NCBI GenBank assembly: GCA_018651085.1
Contig: JABIEQ010000010.1
Coordinates: 1,688-65,687 of the forward strand
DNA from: Candidatus Magasanikiibacteriota bacterium
GTDB taxonomy: Bacteria > Patescibacteriota > Patescibacteriia > Magasanikbacterales > UBA922
DNA: 64,000 nucleotides
Reading direction: 5' to 3'
Part shown: positions 57,501 to 64,000 of the stretch, in pieces
Layout: the number at the start of each line of letters is the position of its first letter
Position numbering within the stretch: position 1 is the first letter of the stretch
Notes under the pieces: generated by a model
Told to the model about the DNA's origin: nothing
Database searches by the model: none
What the model saw: only the letters and a program-made list of their open reading frames with translations
Translations under genes and position numbers: made by a program

Positions 57501-57926
57501 TACATGTTGAAACTTAACCACATGATTGAAGATAAGATGCACCAACGGTCAATTGGGCCGTACAGTTTGATTACCCAACAACCACTCGGAGGAAAAGCAC
57601 AGTTTGGTGGACAACGGTTCGGAGAGATGGAAGTTTGGGCACTTGAAGCTTATGGTGCAGCGTACTCACTTCAAGAAATGCTTACGATTAAATCTGATGA
57701 TGTGCCAGGACGATCAAAAGCATATGAATCTATTATTAAAGGAGATCCAATTACGAAGGTTAACCTTCCTGAGTCATTTAATGTGCTTGTTCGTGAGATG
57801 AAAGGACTTGGGCTTGATGTTGAACTTCTTAAGGAAATGGAAAATGAAGAATACGTGCCGCTCGATCAAGTGCGGTCTCGTCAGCGGTCGACTGATGACG
57901 AAAAGACGAAAGCAGCGAAAGCATAA
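54504..57926 (+). CDS. rpoB: RNA polymerase beta subunit
   Basis: GTFIVNGIERVVVSQL, DIDHLGNRR, SQLSQFMDQ, TPEGPNIGL, GDKMAGRHGNKG, GGQRFGEME. Confidence 0.98.
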   Translation: MSRYTRQPLTTKERKFFTDIRGDVADPDLIELQKTSYRWFFERGIRELFDEISPITDFTGRDLELYFDDYFIDEAKFDEVACREKNISYEAALRAKVRLVNKRTNEETTQEIYLGDIPLMTERGTFIVNGIERVVVSQLIRSAGAFFTASMTRGRRYYGAKIIPNRGAWIEIETDANNVLWVKVDRKRKVAATSLLRAFGFGENEEIIKLFGDVNTHSNIDYIENTIKKDVATSEDEGFIEVYKRIRPGDLATADNAKGLIHSMFFNFDRYDLDRVGVYKFSTKFNLNLSEEEFEKKEQRVLSPEKLLLVLKEVVRLNVSQEPPDDIDHLGNRRVRAVGELVQNRFRIGLARMERIVKDRMSTYELEGISPNKLINARPVIGSIREFFMSSQLSQFMDQVNPLAELEHKRRISALGPGGLSRDRAGFEVRDVHTTHYGRICPIATPEGPNIGLVGHLASYARINHFGFLETPYRRVIHDVPNEARFTEGEVAREDIKGVVKAGEEITAAIAKKLATKKDVTTVAVKARVTNEIVYINSFQEEKVITASAKTPVDEKGFLKEGRVPARLFGKPGAVDVDKIDYLDVVTNQILSIATSLIPFLEHDDATRALMGTNMQRQAVPCIKPDSPIVGTGVEKIAAENSGHVILAQADGEITAVDATMIELTPKKGQPIVHSLNKFVRSNASSSINQRPMVNLGDKVKKGQPLCDGPATEQGELALGQNVLVAYMIWNGFNYEDAIIVSERLVQSDKFTSVHIENYANDVRDTKLGPEVVTSDIPNVSEEKLKNLDSEGVVRIGAEVQSGDILVGKITPKGETELSAEERLLRAIFGEKARDVRDSSLYLEHGEHGKVTDVRVFSAEEGDRLQPGVVKKVQVTVADMRKLQVGDKMAGRHGNKGVISRIVPAEDMPFLEDGTPVDIILTPVGVISRMNLGQLLETHLGLAANALGYKAASPILNGITEEQIHGELEKAGYPVDGQLQLYDGKTGEAFDHRTTVGYNYMLKLNHMIEDKMHQRSIGPYSLITQQPLGGKAQFGGQRFGEMEVWALEAYGAAYSLQEMLTIKSDDVPGRSKAYESIIKGDPITKVNLPESFNVLVREMKGLGLDVELLKEMENEEYVPLDQVRSRQRSTDDEKTKAAKA

Positions 57927-57955
57927 TACTTCACTCAACGAATAATATTATTTGT

Positions 57956-60900
57956 ATGTCACGAGACACCCTTCATTCAATTGCCTTTGACGCGTTACGT
58001 ATCCGTCTTGCTTCGCCTGAAAAGATTCGTGCATGGTCACATGGAGAAATTAGAAAACCAGAAACGATTAATTATCGAACACAAAAACCAGAAAAGACTG
58101 GATTGTTTGCGGAAGAAATTTTTGGACCGACAAAAGATTGGGAATGTTATTGTGGAAAGTATAAGAAAATTCGATATAAAGGTATTGTGTGTGATAAATG
58201 TGGAGTAGAGGTAACACACTCACTTGTTCGACGTGAACGTATGGGACACATTGAGCTTGCGTCACCTGTAACACATATTTGGTTTTTGCGATCAATTCCT
58301 TCAAAAATGGGACTTGTGCTTGATATGTCTGTCCAAAATATGGAAAAGGTGGTTTACTTTGCATCGTTTATTATTACGAAAGTTGATGTAGATACTGTTG
58401 AGCAAACGAAAGTTATGCTTAAGCAAGAATATACCTCAAAGAAAAAACAACTTGAAAATCAATATAAGCAAAAGATTGCTGCGGCAAAAGAAAGTGGACA
58501 AACAAAGAGTGTTATTGAAGAAATTTCTGTTGATCGGGATGCGTCACTTGAATCGCTTGATGAAGATTTTTCAACGGCAGAACAAGAACTTAAAGACATT
58601 TCACTTTTTTCTATTATCTCTGAAAACAGATATCAAGAATTATCTTTACGATACGGTCATTTGTTTGAAGCAAGTATTGGAGCTGAAGCGATTCGATTTT
58701 TGCTTGATAAGCTTGATCTTACAAAGACCATTGAACGTATTCAAACAGATATTTTAAAAACAAAAGGTGCACGGCGTGATAAGCTTGTGAATCGTGCAAA
58801 ATTATTAAAGAATTTACAAAACAATGACATTGATCCAGCGTGGATGGTCATGAAAAATATTCCTGTCATCCCACCAGACCTTCGACCAATGGTAGCGCTT
58901 GATGGTGGACGATTTGCAACGAGTGATTTAAATGATTTGTATCGTCGTGTCATCAACAGAAATAATCGGTTAAAACGATTAATTGAATTGAACGCGCCAG
59001 AAGTTATTTGTCGAAATGAAAAGAGAATGCTTCAAGAAGCTTGTGATGCATTGTTTGATAATAATGCTAGAGCCGCGAAAACAGTCCGTTCTTCAACTGG
59101 ACAAAAACGACAACTTCGATCACTTGCTGATATTTTGAAAGGAAAACAAGGACGGTTCCGACAAAACTTGCTTGGAAAACGTGTTGATTACTCTGCTCGA
59201 TCAGTTATTGTTGTTGGGCCTGGTCTTAAAATTCATGAATGTGGTCTTCCAAAGAAGATGGCTCTTGAAATCTTTAAGCCGTTTGTGATGGCGCAAATTA
59301 TTAAACGAGAGTTAGCACATAATGTCCGAAGTGCGTCACGATTTATTGAAAGTAACGCGTCAGAAGTGTGGGATATTTTAGAATACGTGATTAAAGACAC
59401 TCGTGTATTATTGAATCGTGCACCAACACTTCATAGACTTGGTATTCAAGCGTATCGTCCTGTACTTGTTGAAGGAAAAGCGATTCAGTTGCATCCATTA
59501 TCTTGTTCTGGTTTTAATGCCGATTTTGATGGAGATCAAATGGCAGTTCACGTACCACTTTCTGAACAAGCAAAATGGGAAGCTGAAAATTTGATTGCTG
59601 CTGAAAAGAATTTGTTAAAACCTGCTACTGGAGCACCTGTAAAAACACCACAACAAGATATTGTACTTGGGTGTTATTATATGACGCAATATGCTGAAGC
59701 TGATACTAAAGAAGTAACAAGAATATTTTCTAACGTAACAGAAGCACAATTTGCGTATAAGAGTCGTAACATTAGTCTTCGTGAGCGTATAAAAGTACGA
59801 TTTTCTGATCTATCTAAATTTGAAGAAGGTGTTGGACCAATTATTGAAACATCAGTTGGAAGAATTCTCTTTAATGACATTTTACCTGATTCGATTGTTT
59901 ACTATAATAAAGCCATCACGAAAAAAGATCTTGGGGCTATTATTCAATTGTTACTTGAATTTTGTGGAGTAGAAGTTGCTGCTGGTGTACTTGATGTGAT
60001 GAAGAACTTAGGATATAAGTATGCAACAAAATCAGGATACTCATTAAGTATGTCTGATTATCCACATATTCCAGAAAAGAAAGCTATTTTGGCTGATGGA
60101 GATGAACAAGCAACTCGTATTCAAGATCAATATGATCAAGGATTGCTTACCGATTCAGAGCGACATGCCAAAGTCATTGAAACGTGGACAAATATTAAAG
60201 ATCAAGTCATGGACCAAATGACGGGGGCACTTGAACAAGATGGAGCAGTGTTTGCCATGATTGACTCAGGTGCTCGTGGTAGTAGAGGACAACTTGGTCA
60301 GGCGATTGCCATGAAAGGACTGGTAGCCAATCCGAGTGGAGACATTATTGAGTTGCCGGTAAAAGGAAGTTTTAAAGAAGGGTTTGATGTACTTGAATTT
60401 TTCATTTCAAGTCATGGAACACGTAAAGGATTAGCTGATACAGCGCTTCGTACTGCGAATGCGGGGTATCTTACTCGTCGACTTGTTGATGTTGCACAAG
60501 ATGTGGTTGTTATTACTAAAGAATGTGGAGATAAAGAAGGTGAAATATTTACTAAGGAGCAATCACAAGAAATGGGACAAACATTAGTTGAACGTGTACT
60601 TGGTCGGTTTGTTCTTGAAGAGATTAAAGTTGGAAATAAGGTATACCTTAAGGCTGGAGAAGTGGTTACTGAAGAGATCGTTCGTCAGCTTGATGGTGTT
60701 GAACTTGATGCTGTCCATGTGCGAAGCGTGCTTCAGTGTAAACTTCCTAAGGGAGTATGTGTAAAATGTTATGGATATGACTTAAGTCATAATAAGGTTT
60801 CAAAAACAGGTGTTGCTGCGGGAATTATTGCCGCACAATCTATTGGAGAACCTGGAACACAGCTTACGATGAGAACCTTCCATACTGGAGGAGTTGCGGG

Positions 60901-61834
60901 GGCTGATATTACACAAGGTCTTCCTCGTGTTGAAGAATTGTTTGAGGCACGTAATCCAAAACGAAAGGCAATTTTGTCTGAAGTTGCTGGAACAATTGAA
61001 ATTGAAGACGCTGACGGAAAGATTATTACGAGTCCGAGTGGAAGAAAGGTGTTTGAAGGACGGCGTGGTCAAAAGATTGTAAAAGTTCATTTTGAAGGGA
61101 TTGATGAAGAAGAATTTAAGATTCGAAAGGTTGATGATGTTCAAGTTGAAGAAGGACAAACTGTGAAAAAAGGTCAGATCTTGCTTGTACGTGGATCTTC
61201 TGGAGAAGAAATTACTGCACCATATAAAGGAGCTATCCGTATTGATGGAAAGAAACTTATTCTTTCGTATGAAGGAAAACATAACAAAGAATATATTTCG
61301 CCAATTGGTTATAAGCTTTGGGTGAAAAATGGAGACATGGTAGAAAAAGGAGCACAGCTCACAGAAGGAAGCCTTCATCTACAAGAACTCTTTACTCTTC
61401 GTGGACGAGATGCTGTACAACGATATATTTTGCGAGAAATTCAAGCAATTTATGCTGGACAAGGACAGCGCTTAAATGATAAGCATATTGAAATTATCAT
61501 TAAGCAAATGTTTAGTAGAATGTATGTAGAAGATCCAGGAGATACTGATCTATTACCTGGTGAAACAGTAGAAAAAGCACAATTTTTAATAGCGAATGCA
61601 CAAGCGAAAAAAGAAAAGAAGAAAGTTGCACAAGCAAGAGAATTGTTCTTAGGAATTAGTAAAGTATCTCTTTCAACACAAAGTTTGTTGTCTGCTGCAT
61701 CATTTCAAGAAACAGCACGTGTACTTATTAATGCTGCTGTTACTGGAAAAATTGATTATCTTGAAGGACTTAAAGAAAATGTTATTATTGGACGACTTAT
61801 CCCTGTTGGAACTGGGTTTAAGGAAGAAAAATAA
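57956..61834 (+). CDS. rpoC: RNA polymerase beta-prime subunit
   Basis: KPETINYRT, zinc finger [37 protein letters not shown]. Confidence 0.98.
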   Translation: MSRDTLHSIAFDALRIRLASPEKIRAWSHGEIRKPETINYRTQKPEKTGLFAEEIFGPTKDWECYCGKYKKIRYKGIVCDKCGVEVTHSLVRRERMGHIELASPVTHIWFLRSIPSKMGLVLDMSVQNMEKVVYFASFIITKVDVDTVEQTKVMLKQEYTSKKKQLENQYKQKIAAAKESGQTKSVIEEISVDRDASLESLDEDFSTAEQELKDISLFSIISENRYQELSLRYGHLFEASIGAEAIRFLLDKLDLTKTIERIQTDILKTKGARRDKLVNRAKLLKNLQNNDIDPAWMVMKNIPVIPPDLRPMVALDGGRFATSDLNDLYRRVINRNNRLKRLIELNAPEVICRNEKRMLQEACDALFDNNARAAKTVRSSTGQKRQLRSLADILKGKQGRFRQNLLGKRVDYSARSVIVVGPGLKIHECGLPKKMALEIFKPFVMAQIIKRELAHNVRSASRFIESNASEVWDILEYVIKDTRVLLNRAPTLHRLGIQAYRPVLVEGKAIQLHPLSCSGFNADFDGDQMAVHVPLSEQAKWEAENLIAAEKNLLKPATGAPVKTPQQDIVLGCYYMTQYAEADTKEVTRIFSNVTEAQFAYKSRNISLRERIKVRFSDLSKFEEGVGPIIETSVGRILFNDILPDSIVYYNKAITKKDLGAIIQLLLEFCGVEVAAGVLDVMKNLGYKYATKSGYSLSMSDYPHIPEKKAILADGDEQATRIQDQYDQGLLTDSERHAKVIETWTNIKDQVMDQMTGALEQDGAVFAMIDSGARGSRGQLGQAIAMKGLVANPSGDIIELPVKGSFKEGFDVLEFFISSHGTRKGLADTALRTANAGYLTRRLVDVAQDVVVITKECGDKEGEIFTKEQSQEMGQTLVERVLGRFVLEEIKVGNKVYLKAGEVVTEEIVRQLDGVELDAVHVRSVLQCKLPKGVCVKCYGYDLSHNKVSKTGVAAGIIAAQSIGEPGTQLTMRTFHTGGVAGADITQGLPRVEELFEARNPKRKAILSEVAGTIEIEDADGKIITSPSGRKVFEGRRGQKIVKVHFEGIDEEEFKIRKVDDVQVEEGQTVKKGQILLVRGSSGEEITAPYKGAIRIDGKKLILSYEGKHNKEYISPIGYKLWVKNGDMVEKGAQLTEGSLHLQELFTLRGRDAVQRYILREIQAIYAGQGQRLNDKHIEIIIKQMFSRMYVEDPGDTDLLPGETVEKAQFLIANAQAKKEKKKVAQARELFLGISKVSLSTQSLLSAASFQETARVLINAAVTGKIDYLEGLKENVIIGRLIPVGTGFKEEK

Positions 61835-61851
61835 TCCTTTTTGTTTCGTCG

Positions 61852-61880
61852 ATAAAACCCCCGTTATGGGGGTTTTATTA
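61852..61880 (+). terminator. Terminator after rpoC
   Basis: ATAAAACCCCC-gttat-GGGGGTTTTAT. Confidence 0.7.
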
Positions 61881-61940
61881 TTGCAGAAATGTAAAAAACA
61901 CGTTACAGTAGTTTTGCTAATAGTTATTGATATTTATTTT

Positions 61941-62672
61941 ATGAGTGGACACAGCAAATGGTCTAAAATTCAACATAAAAAAGGAAAAAATGATAAGGCA
62001 AGGGGAAATTTATTTACGAAATTGTCTCGTGCCATTACTTTAGCTGCTCAGCAAGGAGGAGGAGACATTGATATGAATTTTTCTTTGCGACTTGCTGTAC
62101 AAAAAGGAAAAGTGGGTAATTTGCCAAAAGATAATATTACTCGTGCGATTAAACGAGGAACTGGTGAGTTAAAAGATGGGGCGATGTTAACAGAAGCACT
62201 CTATGAAGGGTTTGGCCCTAGTGGTGTTGCCTTTTTGGTTGAAACGGTGAGTGATAATAAGAATCGGACTGTTTCTGAAGTAAAACATGCTTTTTCAAAG
62301 TACGGTGGTTCTCTTGGTGCAAATGGGAGTGTGCAATGGCAATTTGATCGATTAGGTGTTATTCGTGTAAGAAAAGAACTTATCGATGGGCTTAGTAGTT
62401 GGGATGATGTTGAACTTGCATTTATTGACGCTGGAGCGAAGGATATTAAGATGGGTCCGTTTGGTGTTGAAGTATATGTAGAGACTTCTCAGTTTCAGAC
62501 TGTGCTTGGTGTGCTTAAGACTGTCTTTATTGAACCTGACGAAAGTGGTATGGAATGGATAGCAAAAGAGACTGTTTCTTGTGATGAAGCTACTTCTGCT
62601 AAGGTAGAATCTCTTTATGATGCACTTGACGTACTTGATGATGTAAAAGCGGTGCATACTAATGAAGCTTAA
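61941..62672 (+). CDS. yebC: YebC/PmpR family protein
   Basis: MSGHSKWSKIQHKKG, YEGFGPSGVA, DNKNRT, LDDVKAVHTN. Confidence 0.95.
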   Translation: MSGHSKWSKIQHKKGKNDKARGNLFTKLSRAITLAAQQGGGDIDMNFSLRLAVQKGKVGNLPKDNITRAIKRGTGELKDGAMLTEALYEGFGPSGVAFLVETVSDNKNRTVSEVKHAFSKYGGSLGANGSVQWQFDRLGVIRVRKELIDGLSSWDDVELAFIDAGAKDIKMGPFGVEVYVETSQFQTVLGVLKTVFIEPDESGMEWIAKETVSCDEATSAKVESLYDALDVLDDVKAVHTNEA

Positions 62673-62673
62673 T

Positions 62674-63165
62674 ATGGCAATGCCATTACGTATTTTAGGG
62701 GTTGATCCTGGGTATGGACGAGTAGGGTGGGGCATTGTTGAAAAATTTCGAGGAGATATTACTTACATTGCTCACGGATGTATTGAAACATCACCAAAGG
62801 TGTCTTTTTCTCAAAGACTATCTGATATTTTTGTGGCGCTTGAAGGGCTTATCTCTACATATTCACCAGAAGTTGCAGCAATTGAAGAATTATTTTTTGC
62901 AAAAAATGTTACGACAGGTATTCAAGTGGCTCATGCACGTGGGGTCATATTACTTGCCCTTCATCAAGCAAATATACCTTCTAAAACCGTTACACCTTCT
63001 CAGGTGAAACAATCAATGACTGGATATGGTCGTGCATCAAAAAGACAGGTGCAAGAGATGGTGAAACATTGTTTACATTTGAAAGTAATTCCTTCACCTG
63101 ACGATGCGGCTGACGCTCTTGCCGTTGCATTTACAGCGAGTCCTTTATTTTTTGTGGAAAAGTAG
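62674..63165 (+). CDS. ruvC: Crossover junction endodeoxyribonuclease RuvC
   Basis: ILGVDPGYGRVGWG, IEELFFAKN, ARGV, GYGRASKRQV, PDDAADALAVA. Confidence 0.96.
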   Translation: MAMPLRILGVDPGYGRVGWGIVEKFRGDITYIAHGCIETSPKVSFSQRLSDIFVALEGLISTYSPEVAAIEELFFAKNVTTGIQVAHARGVILLALHQANIPSKTVTPSQVKQSMTGYGRASKRQVQEMVKHCLHLKVIPSPDDAADALAVAFTASPLFFVEK

Positions 63166-63421
63166 TACATTGTACTGCTTTTTTTGTTGGTGTTGTGTTA
63201 TACTGTAGTTGTCTATTTATTTTGTTGTTTCACTTTTATTTTTTGTGAATACGCAATGTTTTTGTACAACACACTGTTTGTCGTGTGTGGTTTTTCTAAA
63301 CGACTGTTTTTAATTGTCGTTTTTTTTATTTATATTTGGTGTATATAGTGCGCCCTCATGTGTGAACATGGTTCGGTCGGTACGTAGTTAGACATCAAAT
63401 TTCTACTAAATATATATTTTT

Positions 63422-64000
63422 ATGCCAGAACGAATTAAACAACATTTTGTTCAACAAAAGTTTATTTATACTTCTCTTCTTTGTATTGTAGCTATCCTTG
63501 TCGGAGGATATCTTTCTTTATTTTCTCATAGCTTTGTAAGTGCAAACGTAAGTGGTGTTACTGCCTCTGATAGTGATACTACGGGTTTTGGTCTTGATGG
63601 GCGAGATATTAGCATGAGTTGGACTCCAGGAGCTGAACCTGCTGGTTTTGAATCTCTTCATTTTTTCCTTACGCCTGATGATCAAGTACCTGTTTTGAGT
63701 ACAAGCACCATTTTTGTAGATGGTTGTATGCTTTTTACTTGTTTTGATGTAGGTTTTACTCACCAATATTCTCAATCTTCTTTTACATTACCCGATTTTG
63801 CTGATGTTGATAGCACGTTATTCCCTTTTACAACTACGTCATTTTACACTGCTTGGGTATACACGTCTTCAACTGAGCCAACTCTTGCATCTTCTTCTCC
63901 ATTTTTATTAACTTCTGATGCTCCTTCTGATACGGATGCTCCTTTTATTGAACATTTGAGTGTACATACCGCATTTGCAAATACTACCGGGACTTTATAT
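63422..64000 (+). CDS. Secreted/surface protein, partial (runs off window end)
   Basis: Manual translation from ATG 63422: MPERIKQHF..FIYTSLLCIVAILVGGYL (TM) then S/T/D-rich beta-type sequence; no stop before 64000. Confidence 0.7.
   Translation, partial: MPERIKQHFVQQKFIYTSLLCIVAILVGGYLSLFSHSFVSANVSGVTASDSDTTGFGLDGRDISMSWTPGAEPAGFESLHFFLTPDDQVPVLSTSTIFVDGCMLFTCFDVGFTHQYSQSSFTLPDFADVDSTLFPFTTTSFYTAWVYTSSTEPTLASSSPFLLTSDAPSDTDAPFIEHLSVHTAFANTTGTLY

Noticed and set aside
61719-61940. Extended yebC ORF overlapping rpoC
   Set aside because: The conserved start MSGHSKW is at 61941, and the extension crosses a terminator.

Overview
AT-rich bacterial chromosome segment around the replication origin. 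It is most consistent with a Patescibacteria/CPR (Parcubacteria-like) genome; this is an inference from SD-less core genes, two TrmB-type regulators, a DUF5667-like protein, a CPR-type 3D protein and the absence of biosynthetic pathways. It carries core information-processing genes (holA, polA, dnaN, dnaA, rpmH, rnpA, yidD, tig, lspA, dksA-like, ruvB, nrdAB, recA, ftsK, rpoBC, yebC, ruvC), cell-envelope genes, tRNA-Cys and tRNA-Leu, and an oriC with DnaA-trios between dnaA and dnaN. No integrase, transposase, CRISPR array or reverse transcriptase is visible. The strongest leads are: (1) an unannotated, stand-alone, highly structured ~370-nt RNA with its own promoter and terminator at 18.4-18.8 kb, next to twin 20-bp palindromes and a second DnaA-box cluster; (2) six dispersed, GC-richer single-gene islets sharing a 5'-hairpin/Shine-Dalgarno/3'-stem-loop design that core genes lack, one encoding a beta-barrel-like protein and one a Rho_N-like protein; (3) a Chlamydia-type class Ic (Mn/Fe, tyrosyl-radical-free) RNR small subunit; (4) a doubled-length ribosomal protein L34; (5) a shared ~45-bp motif upstream of both trmB-like genes; (6) a long structured rpoB leader. 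All protein calls are by motif recognition only; no searches were run.
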